From: a virus | Lineage: Duplodnaviria; Caudoviricetes | Virus record (IMG/VR): IMGVR_UViG_3300031577_000195 | Location: 1-64,000 of that record | DNA length: 64,000 bases | Reading direction: 5' to 3' (one strand) | Shown here: piece by piece, positions 55,836 through 63,751 of the stretch | How the letters are laid out: each line of letters starts with the position of its first letter | Position numbering within the stretch: position 1 is the stretch's first letter | Position numbers and translations under genes: made by a program | Notes under the pieces: generated by a model | Seen by the model: only the letters and a program-made list of their open reading frames with translations | What the model was told of the DNA's origin: nothing | The model's database searches: none

Positions 55836-56420
55836 CTAAAACGCACATTTCTTTTCTTCTTTACAGTTATCACAGTTTCTAAAGTTTCTATCGAATATCT
55901 CTGGCATAACCAAAGCTAACTCATGCTGTATTCCTATGGCTATCTCTCGGTGTTCTGGCATTGCTCTCTTGCATACCCTCTTTGGCAAATACTCGAACCA
56001 ACTGCGGAGATTACCAGTAATCCTAAGTTCAGTCATGGTTGCCTTGGGTAAAACATAAGCTGCATCTTGCTTAGCAACACCATTTGCAATTAACTCTTGG
56101 TAAACATCAAAAGCATCTTCAATAGCACTTAAGTACATGACGCGGATACCGTAGTCTATTTCATCAGGTATACAATAGTCCTCAAAGTCTGCACCTCTGG
56201 TACTCTTTACAGTAAAACTAAAGTGTCTATGTCTTGTTATTTGCCCTAAGACTCCCAAGGAACATTTGATATCGAAAGTTGCATAAGCATGTTCAAGGAC
56301 TGACAAGTGTTGACTTTTGACTAACGGTTCGATTGACTTAGGTTGCCTTCCGTAGCATTTAGCACTCGCACCCAAGATTAACTCCAGGTAATCCTTTGAG
56401 TAAGATATAAGTTTAACCAT
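55836..56420 (-). CDS. thyX: FAD-dependent thymidylate synthase
   Basis: HLSVLEH, QITRHRHFSFTVKSTR signature, A.YVLP, NLRSW. Confidence 0.92.
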   Translation of the reverse strand: MVKLISYSKDYLELILGASAKCYGRQPKSIEPLVKSQHLSVLEHAYATFDIKCSLGVLGQITRHRHFSFTVKSTRGADFEDYCIPDEIDYGIRVMYLSAIEDAFDVYQELIANGVAKQDAAYVLPKATMTELRITGNLRSWFEYLPKRVCKRAMPEHREIAIGIQHELALVMPEIFDRNFRNCDNCKEEKKCAF

Positions 56421-56667
56421 TCAATCTCTCCTTTTGTACCTCAAGTAACATCTGTTGTAACTCTGCGATACGCTGGTTTTTATCTTGAAGCTGTCCGTTT
56501 AGTTGCTCATTGATTGACTTTAGTTGTAATACATTGTTCTTCAATGAAGCAATTTCAAAACCAAGGTCTAGCCACCTCCACACACCAGTGTAACTTTCCT
56601 TTTCTGCCTTGAGTTCATCAAGTTCTCTCACTAGCTTCTCCTTTGATTTAAACCAATCGAATATCAT
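56413..56667 (-). CDS. Coiled-coil hypothetical protein
   Basis: AGGAGG SD. Confidence 0.65.
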   Translation of the reverse strand: MIFDWFKSKEKLVRELDELKAEKESYTGVWRWLDLGFEIASLKNNVLQLKSINEQLNGQLQDKNQRIAELQQMLLEVQKERLNG

Positions 56668-56842
56668 TCAGTTCCTCCTTTGCGCACTCTGGACAATAGA
56701 TGTTTCCATTTGCTGTCCACCAGCCATCGTAGACTTCAGCCAAAGGTGTTTCTTGTGTAATCATCGCTTCAGGTAACTCATTACATTTACTACAGACTGG
56801 CACAGTATTCATATGTTTTACTCTAAAGTACATTACGCTCAT
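56648..56842 (-). CDS. Zinc-finger hypothetical protein
   Basis: CSKC...CPEC. Confidence 0.65.
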   Translation of the reverse strand: MSVMYFRVKHMNTVPVCSKCNELPEAMITQETPLAEVYDGWWTANGNIYCPECAKEELNDIRLV

Positions 56843-56984
56843 TCGTTATCTCCTTAGATTGCTTATTTAGTACCAACTGTCTATACATGCGTATCGTCCT
56901 ATCGCGTTTCACTAGTTCTTCCTCAAGTTCCTCTATGATTGCCTGTTGCATAGCTATAGTTCTACTCTTGTCTTCACAGCACAT
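56823..56984 (-). CDS. Hypothetical 53-aa coiled-coil protein
   Basis: AAGGGG SD after motif copy 7. Confidence 0.5.
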   Translation of the reverse strand: MCCEDKSRTIAMQQAIIEELEEELVKRDRTIRMYRQLVLNKQSKEITNERNVL

Positions 56985-57027
56985 CACTAGCACCCCTTTT
57001 GTTAACTTTTGAGTATTTTAGGCATAC

Positions 57028-57159
57028 TTATACATCAGTCCAATAGCTACCATGATACTGCTTGCTGTACCACTCTTTGATTATCTTGCAGTATCCCAAA
57101 GCATCCAAATGTTCAGAGCAAATTTTATCACATGATACACAAGGCTCTATCTTAAGCAT
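57028..57159 (-). CDS. Small Cys-rich protein (43 aa)
   Basis: CVSC..C....C. Confidence 0.45.
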   Translation of the reverse strand: MLKIEPCVSCDKICSEHLDALGYCKIIKEWYSKQYHGSYWTDV

Positions 57160-57403
57160 ACTCATCATCCTTAACTATTTTGTAGCCATCTGGAAATTCA
57201 ATGAATAACCTTTTGCTGTTCACAAAAGAGAACAACTGCACTCCATCGTGTTCAAGTAGCTTCTCTTCGTTTCTCATTATGATAGTTACTGGTGCTTCAA
57301 TACATATGGTATATAGCTTTGGGAACCACTTGTCTTCAACCCAAGCCCATATCTTTCTGATTCTTCCACCACCAACAGATAATCTATATTCAATCGCTGA
57401 CAT
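57152..57403 (-). CDS. Hypothetical protein
   Basis: AAGGAGG SD. Confidence 0.65.
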   Translation of the reverse strand: MSAIEYRLSVGGGRIRKIWAWVEDKWFPKLYTICIEAPVTIIMRNEEKLLEHDGVQLFSFVNSKRLFIEFPDGYKIVKDDEYA

Positions 57404-57501
57404 TAGTTCCCTCCTTTGATTGTCTTATATATCTTAACTACCTCATGTACCGCAGCTATTGCAAAGTAAATACCTATCGAACATACTACAGATTCAAACA
57501 T
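57403..57501 (-). CDS. Small membrane peptide (32 aa)
   Basis: AGGAGG SD; MFESVVCSIGIYFAIAAVHEVVK. Confidence 0.45.
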   Translation of the reverse strand: MFESVVCSIGIYFAIAAVHEVVKIYKTIKGGN

Positions 57502-57692
57502 TAGCATTCCTCCTTCTGATAAAGTCCACAGTGACATTCATCAGTTTCCCGATAGTCTTTACATGGACATACATAGTCTTCAGCTTGATCACTTGTGTAT
57601 ACCCAAGGTGCCACACATGGGCAAAATGGTTTGCCGTAAAGTTCTTTATTGCGTTTAAGTCCATTGATCACCGTTTGTTTATCTTTAGTCAT
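57501..57692 (-). CDS. Ferredoxin:thioredoxin reductase catalytic-subunit-like protein
   Basis: GL..NKE.YG..FCPC...CPC......CHCGLY. Confidence 0.85.
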   Translation of the reverse strand: MTKDKQTVINGLKRNKELYGKPFCPCVAPWVYTSDQAEDYVCPCKDYRETDECHCGLYQKEEC

Positions 57693-58137
57693 AATCTACC
57701 TCCTTTCGTAAATACTTTTGGTTTGTACTTGCGAGTTCATATGATTCATCCCTAAGTTCTTCCATATAGCGACCGACTTTGATTACATCGAAAAACTTAA
57801 AGCACCATTTTGGTATTTCCTCTTGGTCAGCACCAGTAAATAACCAAAGTTTCTTATCTTGAAACTCATAACGCAATTCATAAGAAAACAGAAATGCTTC
57901 ACTTGGCTTTTGACAAAGAAGATCGCCACCTATGATTGATATAATGTCGAACCATTGCTTTCCTTCATTCAACTCTTGGTATAACCTAACAGAATTCAAG
58001 GGTTCTCCATAATTATAATCCTGTAGTTGTGGATTATGGCATCCCTTACAATTCCTATAGCAACCACTTGGATATATTTCTACAGCTACACCATCGTATG
58101 CATTTACAGCATCCCATTGTATTCCTGCAATATTCAC
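57685..58137 (-). CDS. nrdG: Anaerobic RNR activating radical-SAM protein
   Basis: GCYRNCKGCHNP CxxxCxxC; DVIKVGRY. Confidence 0.92.
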   Translation of the reverse strand: MNIAGIQWDAVNAYDGVAVEIYPSGCYRNCKGCHNPQLQDYNYGEPLNSVRLYQELNEGKQWFDIISIIGGDLLCQKPSEAFLFSYELRYEFQDKKLWLFTGADQEEIPKWCFKFFDVIKVGRYMEELRDESYELASTNQKYLRKEVDYD

Positions 58138-58168
58138 AAGACTCCCTCCATCCCACCCACAGGGTTAA

Positions 58169-58288
58169 TTACATTGAATAACATTTGCGACAATTAAACT
58201 CTTGTGCTTTTCCTTTGTTGAAATCCTTGATTTCTGCGTAATACCCTACGCACCTTGTGTAAACTTTTGGTTGAACTTTAACTTTCAT
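58169..58288 (-). CDS. Separate 39-aa NrdD glycyl-radical C-terminal peptide
   Basis: MKVKVQPKVYTRCVGYYAEIKDFNKGKAQEF...; TAATG coupling to nrdD stop with GGAGG SD. Confidence 0.75.
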   Translation of the reverse strand: MKVKVQPKVYTRCVGYYAEIKDFNKGKAQEFNCRKCYSM

Positions 58289-59988
58289 TATTCCACCTCC
58301 ATTTCTATTCCTTGCTGTCTATAGGTTTCAATTTGCTCTTCTGTTAACACATGTTCACAAAGTTCACCCTTTGCGAGATGCTTAGAGCAAATTGGGCAAA
58401 TCCTACGAGTTGGAGAAATGTTGATATACGGTAATGTTGTGTTGGTTACAAGTTTTCTTACGATTGATTTTGCAGCTTTACCACCAATCGGTTCATCAAT
58501 ATAATGAAAGAAGCAAGCTCCACCACTAAATAAATTTTGTAAATCCTGCTGATGTTCTGCAGCAAACTTAAGACTATACTGGGTATCATTATCTAGCCAT
58601 GAACCTCTTGTATATCTTGGTATATCTTCAGTTCCCGAAAGTATCATATCTGGATGCTGCTCTTTCATATGTTTTGCAAAACGATACATTGTTGATTCTC
58701 CTGGAATACTTTCAAGATTCATATAGATACCTCTGCCGTTATAGCAATGGCTATTCTTTTCCTGAAGTTCACCGATTTTATCATTCATATACCTTAGAAC
58801 TTCTTCGGCAAAACTCTTGCCCTCTGGAGTATCAATATCATTACCATCAAAGTTTAAGCACATTTCCCTAAGTCCTATGATTCCAATGGTTGAGAAAAAG
58901 TGGCTAAAGTCGTGGATATATCGATGTAACGTAGGATACATACCTTTTTCCATCATATCTTCGATAAATGACCGCTTTTTACCTAATGCATCTATGGCTA
59001 ACTCCATATATTCGTCAATGTACATATAGAATAGCTCTTTATTGCCTTCGGATAAGTGAGCATATAGTGGTAAGTTTAAGGTTACTACTCCAATACTACC
59101 TGAGTTATCAGCAGCACCAAAGCTACCTCCGACCTGTTTAGATACTTTTGACATATCCAATTTCAATGAGCAGCACATTGACTTAACGCTATCAGGATCA
59201 TAATCAGAATTGACATAGTTATTAATTGTGGCTATTCCAGCTTCACCCAAGGTTTTAAATAAAGTTTCAGCAAATTTGTTATCCCAATTGAAATCCTTGG
59301 TTATGCCTATGTTAATCACAGGGAATGTAAGTACACTTTTGCTGTCTGCGAGTATTTCTAATATTGCCCTTCCAATCCACTCAGCATATTCTTGGCAATC
59401 ATCATAAGTAAAATCCAGTTCTTCTCCTGCGATAATTGGCTGTCTACCCTGAAGTCTCTTGGGTACTGTAATATCTAAATGCATGTTCACGAATGGACTC
59501 TGCCAACCTATACGCCCCTTAATATTAATCGAATGAATAAACTCTTGTAATGTCTGTTTCATCTGCTTGTAAGTTAACTTATCGTTTTTAACGTAAGGAG
59601 CAAGAAGAATATCTACAGTATTAAATGCTACAGCACCATTGATTTGTTGACTTATGAGAAATATTGCATTCATGGTTTGGCTTAAAGCTGAACTAAAATG
59701 CTTTGGCGCACCATCAATATCGTTAAGCCCCTTCATTAGAAACATCTCGTAGTCCAGCCCAAGACAATATAGATTCATTCCGCTGAGATCGTGAATATGA
59801 TAAAAGCATTTCTTATGGGCATCTGCCATTTCCTGAGTATAAATATTGTCCAGCATATATTTAGATGTAATATGGTTCAGTACATACCCTAGCATTCCTG
59901 GATAAGCGTAAGATGCATTAGAGTTCTCCTTGATTCTCCAGTCAGTATTTGCAACATAAGTATCGATAAGATTATTAGTATTTAGCAA
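58288..59988 (-). CDS. nrdD: Class III (anaerobic) ribonucleoside-triphosphate reductase, lacking the glycyl-radical tail
   Basis: HIHDL..YC, SMCC, GSIGVVTLNLP, STIGIIG, NLESIPGES; ends after CPIC. Confidence 0.92.
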   Translation of the reverse strand: MLNTNNLIDTYVANTDWRIKENSNASYAYPGMLGYVLNHITSKYMLDNIYTQEMADAHKKCFYHIHDLSGMNLYCLGLDYEMFLMKGLNDIDGAPKHFSSALSQTMNAIFLISQQINGAVAFNTVDILLAPYVKNDKLTYKQMKQTLQEFIHSINIKGRIGWQSPFVNMHLDITVPKRLQGRQPIIAGEELDFTYDDCQEYAEWIGRAILEILADSKSVLTFPVINIGITKDFNWDNKFAETLFKTLGEAGIATINNYVNSDYDPDSVKSMCCSLKLDMSKVSKQVGGSFGAADNSGSIGVVTLNLPLYAHLSEGNKELFYMYIDEYMELAIDALGKKRSFIEDMMEKGMYPTLHRYIHDFSHFFSTIGIIGLREMCLNFDGNDIDTPEGKSFAEEVLRYMNDKIGELQEKNSHCYNGRGIYMNLESIPGESTMYRFAKHMKEQHPDMILSGTEDIPRYTRGSWLDNDTQYSLKFAAEHQQDLQNLFSGGACFFHYIDEPIGGKAAKSIVRKLVTNTTLPYINISPTRRICPICSKHLAKGELCEHVLTEEQIETYRQQGIEMEVE

Positions 59989-60263
59989 TCTACCGTCTCC
60001 TTTTCCATCTGCTCCAGAATTTCCTTAAATTCACTTTCTATTTCCTCTTGCATCCAAGGGAATAGCTCAAGCACCTTTTGATTCAATTCTTTCGTAAACT
60101 TCACAAGGTCTGCCTCTTCGGTAAGTACCTTGTGTATATCGATGTATTGACCAATGACAACTGCAATGTCTGCATACATATCTGCTTGCTGATGTTCGTT
60201 CAGGTTGAAAAACACAAGTTCGCCATTGTTTTCGCCGAGTAGAAGCTTAAGAATCTGCTCCAT
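59982..60263 (-). CDS. Hypothetical protein
   Basis: GGAGG SD. Confidence 0.65.
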   Translation of the reverse strand: MEQILKLLLGENNGELVFFNLNEHQQADMYADIAVVIGQYIDIHKVLTEEADLVKFTKELNQKVLELFPWMQEEIESEFKEILEQMEKETVDC

Positions 60264-60609
60264 CAGTTACCTCCAGTTTTGGAAAGTTTTTGTTAAGAAA
60301 GTCTCGAAGTTTGATACAGAATGAACTATTAAGCTCTGCCAACGGTCTTCTATAATAAGTCCAGTCATCACTATTAATTCGAATGTCATAAAGTTTAACA
60401 AATTCCCCTTCTGGTCTTTCGATATATTCAGCTAAGTCATATTTGTTTACTTCTAGTCTATCTTTGATGTAACTTCTCTCTTTATCCCTAATTCGCTCCT
60501 CTCGTTCTTTCTCAAGTTCTTTCTTAAGTACATCCATTTGTAGCTTTAATAAGGCTATCTCTTCATTTTTCTTGCATACATCACTTAGTTTCTGGCTTTT
60601 GAATAACAT
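60247..60609 (-). CDS. Hypothetical protein
   Basis: AGGAG SD; coiled coil. Confidence 0.65.
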   Translation of the reverse strand: MLFKSQKLSDVCKKNEEIALLKLQMDVLKKELEKEREERIRDKERSYIKDRLEVNKYDLAEYIERPEGEFVKLYDIRINSDDWTYYRRPLAELNSSFCIKLRDFLNKNFPKLEVTDGADS

Positions 60610-60779
60610 CAGTTCATCTCCTGTATCTCAAGTTTGCCTTTAGTCAGTCTTAGCCAAAGCTTTTGATTACAACAACTAGCATAGTAACTACCATCAAATT
60701 CACTCCAGTAAATCTCTTGTCCACACACAGGACATTGACCATCGTAGTACCATTTGTCAAAGTCAACTGTTTTCTTCAT
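60609..60779 (-). CDS. Small zinc-ribbon protein (56 aa)
   Basis: GGAGG SD; CPVC...CC. Confidence 0.55.
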   Translation of the reverse strand: MKKTVDFDKWYYDGQCPVCGQEIYWSEFDGSYYASCCNQKLWLRLTKGKLEIQEMN

Positions 60780-61159
60780 TATTTACCTCCCAAAGTCTTA
60801 CTAGCGTTATTCCAAATGGTATACGACTGAAACGCAACATCGCCTAGAATCTTATACTGTATCTCAAGGTATTCGTACATTTTACGAGCATTGGTGTAAT
60901 CTTGGAGTGCATCTAAATACTTTTCTTCTTTTGCCGCGAATCTCGCGCCTTCCGTTGGTTTACCTGGAGCATATTCGATTGATATTTTACTTTTGATTGC
61001 CTCTGCAGTATTTTTCAAGTCCGTTTCGACCTTATGTGCTTCAGTCATTTGTTCACCAATGTAATCTTTGTAAGCTGTAGCTTTCTGCATTAAACTAAAG
61101 GCAAACGTAGGGTTGTCATCAGTTAGCCTTTTGTAGTCCTCAAGTATCTCTTGGTACAT
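60779..61159 (-). CDS. Helical protein, possibly a UvsY-like recombination mediator
   Basis: All-helical heptad pattern; functional call weak. Confidence 0.5.
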   Translation of the reverse strand: MYQEILEDYKRLTDDNPTFAFSLMQKATAYKDYIGEQMTEAHKVETDLKNTAEAIKSKISIEYAPGKPTEGARFAAKEEKYLDALQDYTNARKMYEYLEIQYKILGDVAFQSYTIWNNASKTLGGK

Positions 61160-61190
61160 TAATCCTCCTTAGTTCCCCGCTTATTTTAGA

Positions 61191-61415
61191 TTAACAAGGT
61201 ACTACCTTAATTAAATCGTTCCTAATGTAATACTCTCTGGGTTCATCCATGATAACCTTGACTACCATTGATTCAGGCCAGAATCCATAAGTAAAATCAT
61301 TATAGCTTCCTAGTGGTGGTTCACAGATTCCTGTACAGTCCCATTCAAGTTCTCTTGGGTAATTCTTCACAAATTTTCTCGCTTGTTCTTCAGTTACTTC
61401 AGTAAACCCATTCAT
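61191..61415 (-). CDS. Hypothetical protein
   Basis: AAGGAGG SD. Confidence 0.7.
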   Translation of the reverse strand: MNGFTEVTEEQARKFVKNYPRELEWDCTGICEPPLGSYNDFTYGFWPESMVVKVIMDEPREYYIRNDLIKVVPC

Positions 61416-61488
61416 TAGATTCCTCCTTGAATTTCAGTTTTTCATAAGTTAATATACAATTATAAACAAATGTTAAAAGAGGGTTAAT

Positions 61489-62136
61489 ATGGGTAAATAC
61501 ATTAAGGACTTAATAGTAGGTAATTTATTTTTACTATTATTACTTCTTGCTGTAACCATACTTATTTCTATAAGTAGTACTTGGGGTTACATATCTTGGG
61601 TTTCTTCATTAGCTAATACTTCAACTGGCGTATGTCTAACATTTGCAATTACCTATTGGCAAAGCAAAGTAAAAACAGACAGCGAAAGGAGACAATTAGC
61701 AGATGCACTAATAGCTGAATTAAGAACTCTTAAAGAATTGATAACTAAAACGATTAGTCAAATTGAAAACATAGATACCTCTCTAGTTGTTATTACTATT
61801 ACTGAGGATTACTTTACTGTTTTTAATCAGTCTGCCAGTAAATTAGGCTTACTAGCCCCCGATACGTCCACCACGGTTATTGAAGCATATATGAAAATTA
61901 AGGGACTTTTCGATACTGCTCGTCAAATAAGCAAACATTGTGATACTGCGACTTCCTTAGTAAACCAAGAGACTCTCTCTATATTCCTAGGCAAAAGCAA
62001 TAATAATCAAAGAGTTTATCAACTACAATCATTATTTGAGCAACAAACAATACCCCTTTGGGATTCTTTTCGTAATCAACATCTGGAAATCATCGACTTA
62101 ATCGAAAAAGCTATTAATATGCTAAAGCAAAAGTAA
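61489..62136 (+). CDS. Moron: two-TM membrane protein with helical cytoplasmic domain
   Basis: Opposite strand, AT-rich, GAGGG SD. Confidence 0.7.
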   Translation: MGKYIKDLIVGNLFLLLLLLAVTILISISSTWGYISWVSSLANTSTGVCLTFAITYWQSKVKTDSERRQLADALIAELRTLKELITKTISQIENIDTSLVVITITEDYFTVFNQSASKLGLLAPDTSTTVIEAYMKIKGLFDTARQISKHCDTATSLVNQETLSIFLGKSNNNQRVYQLQSLFEQQTIPLWDSFRNQHLEIIDLIEKAINMLKQK

Positions 62137-62139
62137 CAC

Positions 62140-62799
62140 CTACGCCATCCTCCGAATTTCATCTTGGATTTCCTCAAGCTCGTTTTTGGCCTTGTCCATA
62201 GTTTTCCGTAGCACTTCCGCTTTGTCTTTCAGTTGTTTGAGTTTAGGATTCTCACGCTGCCATATGATTTTGAAACTAGGGATATCTTCTGGCTCACGGA
62301 TGCCCTTGATTATTCTGACGATATCACCTGGATAATCATAAGTGGCAACCTTAACAATTTCATAGTCCGGTTTCCATTTTACTGTTAAATCAGTGTTAGT
62401 GTCGTCGTATCCAACGTACCTCCCTGCGCTATTCCCAGTTATGACTACAGCAGACCATTTGTGCCCTTGATACTTACCTCTAATGATTCCCCATTCGCCA
62501 TTCTTAAATTGAACCAGCATGTTTTCCTTGATATCATCCTTTGTAAATCCCATAGTTTCTTCCACTCCCTCTTCACCTATGATATACACTTGCTCACCGT
62601 CAGAAATTAGATAGAGTATTTTATTCTCATCACTATGCTTTCCAGATGCTACTACGGTATAACTTTGGCCGTTCAGCGGTTTCTCGAAAAAGCTCCACAT
62701 ATGTTTATGCTGTGGCGCGTTTTTGTCAATCCACGATGGGTATGAAGGATAATAATGTTTATTATCGATAACCTTAACTTTACTTCCGATGTTTATCAT
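62140..62799 (-). CDS. Hypothetical protein (SH3/KOW-like domains + coiled coil)
   Basis: MINIGSKVKVID... Confidence 0.7.
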   Translation of the reverse strand: MINIGSKVKVIDNKHYYPSYPSWIDKNAPQHKHMWSFFEKPLNGQSYTVVASGKHSDENKILYLISDGEQVYIIGEEGVEETMGFTKDDIKENMLVQFKNGEWGIIRGKYQGHKWSAVVITGNSAGRYVGYDDTNTDLTVKWKPDYEIVKVATYDYPGDIVRIIKGIREPEDIPSFKIIWQRENPKLKQLKDKAEVLRKTMDKAKNELEEIQDEIRRMA

Positions 62800-62859
62800 T
62801 AGACTTCTTCCTCTCTCTCCGTAGTTTCCTTACGTCCATTTTGTTAACTATTGAGTATT

Positions 62860-63549
62860 TTAGACAGACTTAACCCTTAGTTCTTGATACAACTTAGGTA
62901 CTATTGCGAATACAAATGGCTTATACCTGTTCTTCTCACCGTAAGGACTTATCATAGCTACAATCTGCGCTCCATCTTGGTCAAAGTAGTCATGTATCCT
63001 CTTAAGCCTCTTATCAGGTATCTCATGAACATCATATGTCTGCCCTAAGAGCAACCCATGAAATACATCTTCAATCATAAGATAACAGAAGTCTTCAATA
63101 TAGGTTATCTCATGTTCTTCCGCAAGCTTATATATAGAAGCATGAGATTGTAACAATCGTTTCTTAACTTCAGTCATACGCCAGTCATCCAGCAGATATA
63201 TCCATTTGTCCGACTCAAGCATCTGTCTGGTTTCTGCAGACTTACCAAATGTTTGAACTGCTGATTTTAATTTGCCAGATAACAACGATGATTTTATAGG
63301 AATACCCCAAGATTCCATTAGGACATCAAGTTTCTTTTCTGCATAATTACCTGTGGACTTATTACGTTTAGTTCTTTTGGACGCTTCAGTTTTTCTCTTG
63401 TCTTTCTTAGCTTGCTTACGGTCTGACCTAAGTTTAATCTGTCGTTTGCTTAAAACATTTAGGTTAATCGGCTGGTAATCACTATAGTCTGAGCAAAAAT
63501 CACATTCGTAGGCATGATGACAGTTATCTTTTACTTCACATTTGACTAT
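62860..63549 (-). CDS. PD-(D/E)xK nuclease, Holliday-junction resolvase-like (AUA start)
   Basis: Frame open 77 codons upstream of the ORF-track start to an in-frame TGA; GNYAEKKL...SG...SD...EVK; AAGGGGTG SD 7 nt before ATA. Confidence 0.55.
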   Translation of the reverse strand: MVKCEVKDNCHHAYECDFCSDYSDYQPINLNVLSKRQIKLRSDRKQAKKDKRKTEASKRTKRNKSTGNYAEKKLDVLMESWGIPIKSSLLSGKLKSAVQTFGKSAETRQMLESDKWIYLLDDWRMTEVKKRLLQSHASIYKLAEEHEITYIEDFCYLMIEDVFHGLLLGQTYDVHEIPDKRLKRIHDYFDQDGAQIVAMISPYGEKNRYKPFVFAIVPKLYQELRVKSV

Positions 63550-63751
63550 TGTTCAACACCCCTTGTAAGCATATTCCGCAGTAATAACCCTCCATTTGCT
63601 TAAGTTGCTTTCGACTTATCTTCCGTTGCCTTAATAGCTCCTTGCCAAATGATCTAAGACTAAACAATTGCCTAGTTCCCGTTTTGCAGTTAGAACAACA
63701 TAGTTGGTACTCAGTTTTTGGTTGCTCTGGTGGCATATCCTTAAATCTCAC
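63536..63751 (-). CDS. Zinc-binding hypothetical protein
   Basis: CSNC...CGIC. Confidence 0.65.
   Translation of the reverse strand: MRFKDMPPEQPKTEYQLCCSNCKTGTRQLFSLRSFGKELLRQRKISRKQLKQMEGYYCGICLQGVLNNSQM

Noticed and set aside
72-59029. Many antisense ORFs in the track (e.g. 264..620, 969..1361, 2568..2921, 7737..8066, 12092..12487, 14173..14643, 48642..49016, 58599..58871)
   Set aside because: Fully overlap well-supported genes on the other strand, lack SDs and read as antisense shadows
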